Shown here: in pieces, positions 52,205 to 64,000 of the stretch
Layout of the letters: each line of letters begins with the position of its first letter
Numbering within the stretch: the first letter of the stretch is position 1
Assembly (NCBI RefSeq): GCF_006345805.1
Contig: NC_043008.1
Location: 17,112,001-17,176,000 of the forward strand
Origin: Octopus sinensis
Taxonomy: Eukaryota
Length of the DNA: 64,000 bases
Reading direction: 5' to 3'
Program-made: the position numbers and the translations under genes
Notes under the pieces: generated by a model
Told to the model about the DNA's origin: nothing
Seen by the model: only the letters and a program-made list of their open reading frames with translations
Databases searched by the model: none

Positions 52205-52447
52205 GTCAGAGTAAGCATATAAATGCGAAACAAGGTGGAAAAAATAGTACTCGAATACCAGAGATAGAGTAATGTGCTTCATTAAAAAGCAGGAAAAATA
52301 TCACAAAACTGATACTCAGAGTTTCATGTTCCCGTTCGTTTGACAGGTTTGTTTAGATTCTAAATAAAACTGTCCGACGAACGGGAAAGTGAAACTCTGA
52401 ACAACAGTTTTTTGTGATGTTTTTGCGGCTTTTTAATAAAGTATATA
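52205..52447. mobile_element. Inverted pair of PLE pLTR fragments (family H6), each with a hammerhead-like motif
   Basis: 52305-52350 (-) and 52366-52411 (+). The + arm reads aaaactgt CCGACGA acg ggaa agt GAAA ctc t gaac a acagtttt. Confidence 0.7.
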
Positions 52448-52485
52448 TACGTATATGTATATGTAAATGTATATAGATATTATAT

Positions 52486-52601
<116 letters not shown>

Positions 52602-52616
52602 ATATATATATAGATG

Positions 52617-52674
<58 letters not shown>

Positions 52675-52676
52675 TA

Positions 52677-53052
52677 TTTACTCTTTTACTTGTTTCAGTC
52701 ATTTGAATGCGGCCATGCTGGAGCACCACCTTTAGTCGAGCAAATATTATCCAAAACTTATTCTTTGTAAGCCTAGTACTATCGGATCTCTTTTGCTGAA
52801 CCGCTAAGTTGCAGGGACGGTAACCCACCATCATCGGTTGACAAGTGATGTTGTGGGGACAAACACAGACACTCAAACCTATACACATATATATATATAT
52901 ACGACTGGCTTCTTTCAGTTTCCGCCTACCAAATCCAGTAACAAAGCTTTGGTCGGCTGGTGGCTATAGTAGAAGACACTTGCCCAAGGTGTCACGTAGT
53001 GGGGATGAACCCGGAATCATGTGGCTGGTAAGCAATCTACTCACCACACAGT
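52677..53052 (-). mobile_element. SINE family B full length
   Basis: Reverse-complement match to 33928-34343. Confidence 0.9.
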
Positions 53053-53300
53053 CACTATGTGTATATATGTATTTATATATTGCTTTCCTTACATAAATAT
53101 ATGTGTACGTGTGGGCGGGCGCTTCAGTACATGTATATTTATATGCGGTGTTTAGAATCTACTACCGGACAGAGAATTATGTTTTCCTGTCAACCTCTAC
53201 ATTAAAACATCTAGGAATCTGTTCTGCTTTATCCTCAGTCTGAAAATAAATGTTTTATTTACACGTCAGATCCTCTCTTTCTCTATCAATACACACGTAC

Positions 53301-53331
<31 letters not shown>

Positions 53332-53570
53332 CATACATACATACATACATACATACATACATACATACATACATACATACATACATACATACGTATTTAC
53401 ACAAACATACAATCGCATGTATATATAAAGATATATTTTTCAACGCGTTGAAATCTGTCTTTCTACTTACACTACAATAAATTTCACCGCTTCAAAAACA
53501 TATTTACGTTTGTTTACATATGACGTGATTATAATAATTTATTTTTGCATGTGTTGAAGCATATTTTATT

Positions 53571-53827
53571 GTGTCTGGGGAAAGGCATTCTCTTTTGGTG
53601 CCTTATGACTTAACACACTCACCGGTTCGATTTCCACTCTCTTTACTTATTTCTTTTTTCTAAAATTTTCATTGCGTCTTGCAGTCTCCTCAGTAGTCAT
53701 TCTATTACAGAGGTTGCAAGACGCAACGAAAATTTTAGAAAAGGTAAATAAGTAAATGAGGGGGAAATCGAAACACCGGTAGTCTTAAGTAATAAGGTAC
53801 TAAAATAGAATGACTTTCCCTAGACAC
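53571..53827. mobile_element. ~113-bp-arm inverted repeat, probably an inverted PLE pLTR pair (family H7) with a hammerhead-like motif
   Basis: Arms 53571-53683 and 53715-53827. rc of 53660-53696: cta CTGAGGA gac tgc aagac gca at GAAA attt tag. Confidence 0.6.
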
Positions 53828-55666
53828 AGTATAATAATATACAGGTGTATATATAAGTATATATGAATATATATCGTTTCTATTATGCAAAAGTGTTGTA
53901 AATCCAAAACGTTGCTTTGTCAGAAAACGATAAAACAGTTTCATCATTCCATAGCAAAACCCTTGAGCTACACTTTTACAGTTTTTGATATCTTGGCACC
54001 TGAAACAGGTAGAAATGCGATAATTTGATCAAAAGAACCGACTATTGCAAGCAAAAATATATATAGTGAAAACAAACGCATTTGGCCAAATTTGGTCATG
54101 CGACAGTTTAGCATAATGGCAACGATTATGTAGGACAAAGAGATAGTGAAAGAGAAAATGTAAATAATAAGCTACAACACATATAAATACTCAGATTTAG
54201 AATAAAATACACTCAGAGATGTATTAATAATGAGATTAATAGGAAAACGTAATTTTCTTTTATATGTATATGGCGACGCATCCAAAGTAACAGATACAAA
54301 AGTAAAGGAATGATTAGTTGAAACTAGGGGCAGATGTTTTAGTCAGAAACGAATACAAATAAATTGTTATGATAGATGATGTTAGGGAGATTTCGTAGAT
54401 AAAAAGAGAGAGCGGGAGAGAGAAAGAGAGAGAGAGAAAGAAAGAATGTGAGTATTAGAATTGCTGATTTTCTCATTATAAATATCGTTGACTGAAATTA
54501 ATCAGTAAATATTTGCTAAATATCTCATTAACTACGATGTCTTGTTTACTTAATAAATTCCGGATAACCAAATTGATATTTGTTTACATTTAAGTTCTGG
54601 TTTCTTTTTCTCCCCCTTCTTGCTTTGTCTCTCCCTCTCTTGCTCTCTCCCTCTTCTTTTTTCTTTTTTTGGTATTTATATTTTTAAAAAAATATTTTCT
54701 TATTTCATTTGTTTATTTGCTGATTTATTTTGCCAAAGAATCCTACATATCAGTTCAATGAATTTCAGCTTCTCCCAACGACAAATGTCCCTGGGTACAT
54801 TTCAATCTGTTGCTGTTTGTCAAGTAATTCCTATCCTATGATATTAATTGGTATGAACACGATATCATACGTTAAAACTATATCCACCCTCTCACTCTCA
54901 CTTTCTTTCCTTTGGACACGCACACAAACAAAATACCAGAGCACTGCAAACGTAATCGCTATTTATGCCATTTATAATGTTCCTTCTCTCAAATCTGCAT
55001 AGCAAGTTGTGAGTTTATTGGTGGATATGTCTGACTGGTATATTATGATACTTTCGTGGCATTTGGTTATTATCTTCATGTTTTTACTCTACAACAGTTA
55101 TATATCGGTTCAAAATCTTGTTGTTGTTCTTACTGTTTACGTCGTGGCTGGTTTGGGTGTGATTTGTTATGCTGATGTGTATGCATTTCAGACACCGGAC
55201 GTTATCTTTGTTGTTCTCTGTGAACAGCAATAGAGTCTTTGATCGTGAAGAGACGGTGTGTATGTTCAATGAAGGAGAATCACCAAGTGTGGTCAACCTA
55301 CATATCAAAGGACCAACACATAACATTTAAAAGATTTGAGGTACAAAAATGGCTGAAATATTGGATCTAAACTTTTGGAGAGCCCATTCCAGAAAAATGA
55401 TAACGAAAGGCTCTTCGGAAATGCACAGCATTAACTTGATCCGTCTCCTTAGGGAAAGTAGTAAACAAGGTTAAGTGGAAGGCAGAAGAAATACTCTCAG
55501 AAAAAAAAATAACTATGAGAAATAAATAGGTAAATTCACATTAAGCTGTTAATCTCAAAACTGCAATCTATCACATTTTCATTAACTTTCTAAAAACATT
55601 TGGTCTGTGAAGAGATTTCAAGCTAACTGTTGAAATTCCTCAAGGATTTTTCCCCAGAATTTGCTA

Positions 55667-55698
<32 letters not shown>

Positions 55699-55736
55699 AA
55701 TGACGACGACAACGACGACGATTGTGATGATGATGG

Positions 55737-55767
<31 letters not shown>

Positions 55768-55926
55768 GATGATGATAGGGATGATGGCGATGATGGTGAT
55801 GATGATGGTGATGATGATGGTAATGATGATGGTGATGGTGACGATGATGGTGATAATGATGATGATGATGGTAATGATGATGGCGATGATGATTATGATG
55901 ATGATGATGAGGAGGAGGAGGAGGAA
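55667..55926. repeat. (GAT/GGT/GAC)n microsatellite
   Basis: Directly visible. Confidence 0.95.
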
Positions 55927-56106
55927 GAGCAGGGGGAGGACCCATATAAGAAAGAATTATATCAAAGTATTTACCGTTCCCATAGCACAGTTAAAGAAGA
56001 GTGAATCTACCTTTCACATTTTCTCTGCTGTCTGATCTTCGTCAGAGTTTAACATATTTGTGTTGGAAAGACAGTAATTACGTGAGAGATATTATGTCCG
56101 GACGAA

Positions 56107-56525
56107 TACTTATTTCTTTGTTACCCACAAGGGGCTAAACACAAAGGGGACAAACAAGGACAGACAAATGGATTAAGCCGATTATATCGACCCCAGTGCG
56201 TAACTGGTACTTATTTAATCGTCCCCGAAAGAATGAAAGACAAAGTCGACCTCGGTGGAATTTGAACTCAGAACGTAGCGGCAGATGAAATACCTATTTC
56301 TTTATTACCCACAAGGGGCTAAACACAGAGAGGACAAACAAGGACAGACATGGGTATTAAGTCGATTACATCGACCCCCAGTGTGTAACTGGTACTTAAT
56401 TTATCGACCCCGAAAGGATGAAAGGCAAAGTAGACCTCGGCGGAATTTGAACTCAGAATGTAGCGGCAGATGAAATACCGCTAAGCATTTTGTTCAGCGT
56501 GGTAACGTTTCTGCCAGATCAGCGG
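56107..56525 (-). mobile_element. SINE family A head-to-tail dimer
   Basis: Same junction (gcagatgaaatac|ctatttcttt on the + strand) as at 21490 and 58155. Confidence 0.9.
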
Positions 56526-57317
56526 CTTGTCCGGACGAATACTGTAGTTAATTTACTGATCACTATGTATCTACGTTAAGGATAATACACACTTGGCTAT
56601 TGTAATCTAATTCCGCTTCTCTTGCATATAACTGATATCGAACTTGTGTTTTATGTAAGATCACGCTATTCAAAAAGCCCTGCTTTTCTTGATGGTAGTG
56701 TATGATTAGGGGAACATTTGGTCGCCATATTTTGCAATTTCAGTGAACATATAAGTATACGTCCTTTTTGTTGGTCAGTCGATTGCTTTTGCGGAATTAA
56801 AAGAAAGAAATATAAATAAAAGAATGTAAGCTTAAAGCTTGATTATACGATGCCTATATGCGCTAGCCAACACAAGATAAACAATGTTTTGTATCCATTT
56901 CCAATATTGTATAGACATGTGTTTAGGGCGAAGCTAACATAAAAACGCCATTTCCATTACGAAATATCATAAAACATAGACAAGCAGAATAACATAACTT
57001 GATCTTTCTTTCTTATGCCAACTCGTTCCGTAGCAACACGTGGTTTTGTGAAACTCACTGCTCCCCACCACTCCTCTCTCTCTGTTTGCTTAGTTATTTT
57101 CACCACTGCTCTCCAATTATTTGTTATACTCTCTCTTTCTCGGGTTTTAGTATCTGCTACTTTTTTTCTTCCTGTTTCATACGCAATTAACATACAACCA
57201 ACGTGAAATAGTAAACGATGAAAATATACACATTCCGTATTAAAATAGTATGAACTGAGTGGAAAAAAATTAAATTATTTTACAAGTGATGGGAGATATA
57301 AAAATATGTAAGAAAAA

Positions 57318-57680
57318 ACGCAGGAGTGGCTGTGTAGTAAGTAGCTTGCTTACCAACCACATGGTTCCGGGTTCAGTCCCAATGCGTGGAACCCTGGGCA
57401 AGTGTCTTCTACTGTAGCCTCCGGCCGACCAAATTCTTGTGAGTGGATTTGGTGGATGGAAACTGTATATGTCTGTGTGTCTGTGTTTGTCCCCTCCAAC
57501 ATCACTTAACAACCATTGCTGGTGTGTTAACGTCGCCGGAATTTAGCGTTTCGGAAAAAGAAACAGAAAGAATATGTACTAGGCTTAGAAAGAATAAGTC
57601 CTGGGGTCGACGTGCTCAACTTAAGGCGGTGCTCCAGCATTGCCGCAGTCAAATGGCTGAAACAAGTAAAAGAATAAAAG
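57318..57680 (+). mobile_element. SINE family B full length
   Basis: cgcaggagtggctgtgtagtaagtagc ... ctgaaacaagtaaaagaataaaag. Confidence 0.9.
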
Positions 57681-58019
57681 GTTAAATAGACATGAAGGGG
57701 CAGAACCGCTAGAAATTCCAGGCAAAATGCTTAGCCACATGTCTTCTGGCTCGGTATTTCCTAGACCCAAATCCCAACGATCGAATCAATTCACCCCCCC
57801 CCCATTCCTGCATCAAAATTGGTGACCCGGAACCCTTCAACATATCGGCGTCCCGTTCAGAGAGGAATGATGCATAGAATGCACCATGGAATGTGGGTAA
57901 TCGAATTCTCGAGTATTGTGTCCGCCTCGGAACACCGAAAACACAAAGTCGGCTTCGACAGAATTTGAACGTTTATGCCAGCTCGTCGCCTAATGATTCT
58001 AGGTAATATATTCTTACCT

Positions 58020-58406
58020 ACCTCAGGCACAAGGCCCAACATTTTTGCGGATGGGACCAGTCGATGAGATCGACTCCAGTTCGCAAATACCGCCGAGTAT
58101 TTCCGTCCGGTGTGCTAACGTTTCTTATTTCTTTACTGCCCACTCAAAACGCAATACCGGCAGACGAAATACCTATTTCTTTACTACCCACAAGGGGATA
58201 AACACAGAGAGGACAAACAAGAACAGCCAAACGGATTAAGTCGATTACATCGACCCCAGTGCGTAAATGGTACTTATTTAATCGACCCCGAAAGGATGAA
58301 AGGCAAAGTCGACCTCGGCGGAATTTGAACTCAGAACGTAGCGGCAGACGAAATACTGCCGAGCAATACGCCCGGCGCGCTAATGTTTCTGCCAGCTCGC
58401 CGCCTT
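58020..58406 (-). mobile_element. SINE family A multimer (full monomer plus deleted units)
   Basis: Monomer at 58165-58406 plus partial units; attctaggtaatatat repeats at 57996-58011 and 58407-58422. Confidence 0.8.
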
Positions 58407-59609
58407 ATTCTAGGTAATATATTAAAAAAAAAAGTAAACATCACCATCGGATTGAAATGTTAGTCATTATTGAAACTGATGTAATCCCAAATGATGTCAT
58501 CACATATCCTCAGCTAAAAAATGTAACCAATCGAAAACAACTCTCAACGACATTCTCAACAATTTCCTTCGACCCCACGACTTCCTGCGATATCTCATCT
58601 CTCTCTTAGTGACACACGCTGCTACTTATATGTGTTCGGCTAGTCCATTCTCATTGGGGGGGGGTGTCATTGTTCTTGCCATATTACAAATATGCATACA
58701 TACATACATACACACACACACACTCACACACACACTTACACAAGCACATATATTCCTTTGTATATGGGTGTTATATGTTTATATAGATAGATGCACATAT
58801 GTGAATCTGCACTTTTGCCGGCATATACCGGTACATGCTATTGCACCCCTTTACGTCCAAAATACAATCTCGACCTTCGGAAGAATTTAGGGGGTAAAAA
58901 AAATCATAATAATCAATGCCTGATCAAAATATTTACTGGAACGCGAAATAAAGCTCTTTAAAGCAGTAACTCATCATGGTCGTTGTCCAATGATTAAGAC
59001 CAGCAGAAAATATGTAAAAGACATATTTATATCTTGCATCTTTGAATATCGCTACAGATTCTAGAGCGGCCAGCGTTTCCTTTTCTTGAAAACATCATCT
59101 TGTATTACAGTCAACATTATTATCTTTATCAATGGAATGGTGAACATGAAATAAAAATAGAATAAACAAAAAAAACGAAAAAAACTTGTTTAAACAACTA
59201 GTCTGATGTCACAATCACAACTGCCATTAGTTTCCCACCACAGCCACCACCACCACCACCACCACCACCGCCGCCATTATTAGATATATCATTAACATCG
59301 CCATCATTACAAGGACCATACCTACCACCACCTCAACCGCCGCGAACACAACCACCACCACCAACAACAATTACACTACCGTCATAATCATTATCATTAT
59401 CAGCGGCAGTAGTAGCAGCACCAGCAACACCACCGCCTCAACCACTTCCAATAGTACAACGGGGAAGAAAAAAAAATCATTGATAACACTAACAACTTTA
59501 TCATAAACACACATCATCTCATTCAGCACGTCATAACAAAGGTGATAAGCATTGACATCTGTCTCTGACACAAATTACAGTAAGCCTTTGAACCAAGGAC
59601 AATTTACAG

Positions 59610-59645
<36 letters not shown>

Positions 59646-59689
59646 TAATAATAATAATAATAATAATAGTTATAATAATAATAATGATG

Positions 59690-59724
<35 letters not shown>

Positions 59725-59731
59725 GATGATG

Positions 59732-59767
<36 letters not shown>

Positions 59768-59770
59768 GTT

Positions 59771-59844
<74 letters not shown>

Positions 59845-59885
59845 ATATAATAATAATAATAGTAATGATAATAATAATAATAATT
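59610..59885. repeat. (AAT/GAT)n microsatellite
   Basis: Directly visible. Confidence 0.95.
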
Positions 59886-61214
59886 TCTTTATATTAACCA
59901 CAAGAGTTAACATTAAGAAAAACATTATGGACGGAACAGAACAAAACAAATAATGTGTGTGTATGTGTGTGAGTGTGCTATGTTGTGAGGGTTCCCTTCC
60001 CTATTGCAGTTACTTCCCCCTGTATGAAGAACAAATAATGTAACCTCTAAATGGTTACACAACTTGCTAGAAACATCAGTCACATTTTCTTCCAGTCAGT
60101 ATTCACAGAAGTAAAAGAATTATTGTATTTACGCGCGTAGAAGTCGTAATTTAGTGTTCAATATTGATGCAAACATTTTTTTCATTCTTGTAGTTTTAGC
60201 TTTGACCCTCATGTAAGTCGTCTCCCCCCCCCTTTTTTTTTCTTTCAGTTAAAAGTAGAAAATAATGTGTCATATACATGTTTAAATCAGGTATATATTT
60301 TGATTAGAAACAGTAAACCAGATGGTCACGATTGGAGATCATTTGAGCATACACAGCTTCTTCGAAAGAGCAAGCGCAGAATCACCATTAACAACAACTG
60401 CAACAACAAAATCATTGAAGAGCAAGTAATTCAACTGTTCTAAAAATTGTGAACATTCTCGAATATAAGAAGATACATATGTGGTCATACATCTGACTAG
60501 AAATAGAAACCAAACTTCACTGATAACTCTACTTACTCCTTTGAAAAAATAGAAAGAAACTTTTAACAATGTAATCCACGATTTATAAAGTTGGAAGAGT
60601 AATGGCTAGAATGCATTTAATTACATGTTTGCTAGCATGAGCTGAGATTTCTTCAATTATCACTAACAAAGAGCTACCTTTAACAAAAGCAATTACAACA
60701 TGGATATTTGAACTTTGTCAACATGGAGAAAATATTACAAGTGCGATCATCTCTTTAAAACTCATTTTTCCCATCGTCAAAAATAACAAAACGAAGATAT
60801 ATGTGTCTCCGCAGTGGTTCAAACTGCTAGCAACATATTTTAGTTGCTAAACATAGGAACACACTTCTTCACGTTACAACCTACTATGAGTAAAGAAATG
60901 GGAATATACGATAAACTGGTCAATGTTGTTATAAATATATTTCTTTAGTTACTTGGATAAGATTCGGCCAGTAATGTTCCAAGCCATGACTAACTTAATA
61001 GCATCACGTGGAAAAGATATTTAATCAGGTTTCATGTTACATTCATATTTTAGACACCATAGAGTTACGCGTTTATTTTTACTGATAAAGTTCTGCGATT
61101 TATTCGAGATTTGCGGGAGGAACCTGTCCAAAAATCATATGAATGTTATGTAATATTTTTCCTCCTTTCTGTAACTTGTTAAGGCACGTGATTTATTGTT
61201 TAGGGGTATTCGCA

Positions 61215-61478
61215 AGGTCTTAAGGTCTGGCGTTGTGTTGTACTCTTGAGTAAGGTACTTTATGTCACGTTGCTCTAGTCCTCTGAGCTAGCAACATGAG
61301 TTGTATCTATAATTTAAAGAGTCTGTCACATTCTATGTCACGCTGAATCTCCATAAGTATTATATTAAGGGTACACCTGTCTGTGGAGTGCTCAGCCACA
61401 TGCACGTTAATTTCACGAGCAGCACCTGTTCCGTTGATCGGATCAACTGAAACCTTTGTCGTCGACGGAGTGCTACTT
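61215..61478 (+). mobile_element. SINE family C long-tail variant, degenerate and deleted
   Basis: gtcacgctgaatctcc ... gtggagtgctcagccac ... gtcgacggagtgct. Confidence 0.75.
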
Positions 61479-61797
61479 TTGTCATGGCAATTGGTAAAAG
61501 GGAGCAGAACCAGTTGAGGGCAAATGGTTCTATTCTAGTGTTTCTTATGTTAGTACTCTTTTTGAAATTCAGACGTACGATTCTTGTATTCATCCCATTG
61601 TGAAAAATGGAATGAGCTGATTTGCAATTTCTTGTGAGGGTACTGTAGGGTTTGCTAATATTAGATAGCAAGGCTGGCGTTACATTATGGATTATCCTTT
61701 GTGCGGATGTTATTCATAGTTCAATAATGTTCTGGCAACTTGCATCACATTCATTGCAGATTATGAATGATAACTTATCCAATATTTCAGTATCATG

Positions 61798-62176
61798 CGT
61801 AGGAGTGGCTGTATGGTAAGTAGCTTGCTTACGAACCACATGGTTCCGGGTTCTGTCCCATTGCGTGACACTTTGACCAAGTGTTTTCTTCTATAGCTTC
61901 GGGTCGACCAAAGGCTTGTGAGTGTATTTGGTAGACGGAAACTGAAAGAAGCCCGTCGTATATATGTATGTGTGTGTATGTTTGTGTGTATGTGCTTGTC
62001 CCCCAACATCGCTTGACAACCGATGCTGGTGTGTTTACATTCCCGTAACTTAGCTGTTCGGCAAAAGAGACCGATATAATACGTTCCAAGCTTCCAAAGA
62101 ATGAGTCCTGGGGTCGATTTGCTCGACTAAAAGCATGGCCATAGTCACATGACTGAAACAAGTAAAAGAGTAAAAG
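61798..62176 (+). mobile_element. SINE family B full length
   Basis: Matches 33928-34343. Confidence 0.9.
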
Positions 62177-62529
62177 ATTATCTTTGTGATTAAGAAAATC
62201 AACAACGGAACAGCACTAAGTTATTAATAAATTCACTAATATCCAGATTTCTGAACATCATAAATGCCGGGAGAATACAGATGAATTTGAAAGAGTCAGT
62301 CTTGTTTGTATTTCATATTACAATCACAAAGGAACAACTTCCCTTGATTTGACATAAAACGTAGTGCTCAAATTTTTTAGTTGATGCTGCTTTTGAAAGT
62401 TATTATAGAGTAGGATTATAAGGAAACACGACCTAAAATAGGAAAGAGTGAAACATAGGCACAGTACTTGCAATATTCAGCGTATTCATGTCTCGCTGGG
62501 TAAGAAAGCAGCAGTTCGTTAGTTTGCGA

Positions 62530-62899
62530 GGCGCAGGAGTCGCTGTGTGGTAAATAGCTTGCTTACAAACCACATGGTTCCGGGTTCAGTCCAACTGCGT
62601 CTAACCTTGGGCAAGAGTCTTCTGCTATAGCCTCGGGCCGACCAAAGCTTTGTGAGTGGATTTGGTAGACGGAAACTAAAAGAAGTCCGTCGTATATATG
62701 CATATATATATATATGTGTGTGTGTTTATCCCCCAACATCGCTTGACAACTGATGCTGGTGTGTTTGCGTCCCCGTAAATTAGCGGTTCGGCAAAAGAGA
62801 CCGATAGAATAAATACTAGGCTTACAAAGAATAAGTCCTGTGGTCGATTTGCGGTGCTCCAGCATGGCCGCAGTCAAATGATTGAAACAGGAAAAGAGT
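62530..62899 (+). mobile_element. SINE family B full length
   Basis: Matches 33928-34343. Confidence 0.9.
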
Positions 62900-63175
62900 A
62901 TAACGCAAGGCCGCATAGTCCGTGCAAAATTATTTGCTTATATGCACCTCGCTGTTTCACTAGTACATATTATACCCTTCACGGAAGGCTCGATGAGCGA
63001 GAAATTCGATTTTTGCGACATTTAGACTCAGAACGTATTGGACCAGAACTAAGTACTGCAGGATATGTTCTCACCATTCGGAAATATCGTCTCAAGCTCA
63101 ATCATTTATGCTAATCTGCAAAGTTTCCACGACAATACTAATTAAAATTTCACGACCAGTATACTTATATGTGTA

Positions 63176-63501
63176 GGAGGCGCAATGGCCCAGTGGTTAG
63201 GGCAGCGGACTCGCGGTCGGATGATCGCGGTTTCGATTCCCAGACCGGGCGTTGTGTGTGTTTATTGAGCGAAAACACCTAAAGCTCCATGAGGCTCCGA
63301 CAGTGAGGAATGGTGGTAGCGACCCCTGTTCTAATCTTTTGCCCCAACTTTCTCTCACTCTTTCTTCCTGGTTCTTGGGTAACGCTGCGATGGACTGGCG
63401 TTCCGTCCACCTGGGGGGAACGCATGCGCCACAGAAACCGGGAAACCGGGCCCGTGAGCCTGGCTAGGCTTGAAAAGGGCGCATAAATAAAAATAAATAA
63501 G
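63176..63501 (+). mobile_element. SINE family C, short V-domain-like tail, with target-site duplication
   Basis: tRNA-like head (TGGCCCAGTGG; ggtttcgattccc), gcgatggactggcgttccgtcc tail, A-rich end, 13-bp TSD atacttatatgtg at 63161-63173 and 63502-63514. Confidence 0.92.
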
Positions 63502-64000
63502 ATACTTATATGTGAGTAACAAAGATATAGTTTTAAGTCAAAAGGTAATGACTAATAAATCAGTAAAATTTACATCATCATCAGCCACTACACACCCAAA
63601 CGCCATGACGTGAAAGATATTTGGTGATATAGAAGACGAAATGATTCTCAGATCCTAAAAATACTTCATCTAACAGGAATATGACAACAACAACAAGAGC
63701 AACATAGGGATGGTTTTAACATCCAGGTAATAGCGAATTCGAAGAAACTTTATGGAAAAATACAGGACCATATAGTAATGATCACACGAGCTATTAATCC
63801 ATTTTATAACCAATACAAAAGCACTACGTTATCACACGATATTGTTTAACACAATACGAAGACCGCAATCGATATCTTGAATCTATCAAATCTCTATAAT
63901 TGATATATTGATCTATGTTATAAAATGTTTACTAAAACATCAAAAGCAAAAAAAAAAAAATCAGTTGCTGTAATAGGTAGAAAAGCGTCTACGTAATACG

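Noticed and set aside
55190-55290. DTGRYLC Ig-like motif / IVKRRCVCS TGF-beta-like end
   Set aside because: An in-frame stop follows within three codons, and both motifs are too short to exceed chance.

Overview
AT-rich eukaryotic DNA full of microsatellites and interspersed repeats. The repeat families look like those of an octopus/cephalopod genome (recognition from memory, not a database result). It is most likely intronic or intergenic, and I can identify no protein-coding gene with confidence. Nearly all ORF-track entries are translations of simple repeats or SINEs. The supportable content is: three tRNA-derived SINE families with many copies; LINE remnants (RTE, CR1/L2-group, Tx1/L1-like); two mariner transposase remnants and a mariner deletion derivative; three MITEs; two non-autonomous Helitrons; and several Penelope-like element (PLE) remnants. 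The most striking signal is about 11 hammerhead-ribozyme-like motifs from about 7 unrelated repeat families. These include non-canonical cores, head-to-head inverted pairs, and one element that joins a tRNA-like Pol III head to a hammerhead-bearing PLE tail. The region ~29.5-32.3 kb looks like an assembly artefact. A few candidate small exons are reported at low confidence. All alignments and folds were done by eye.
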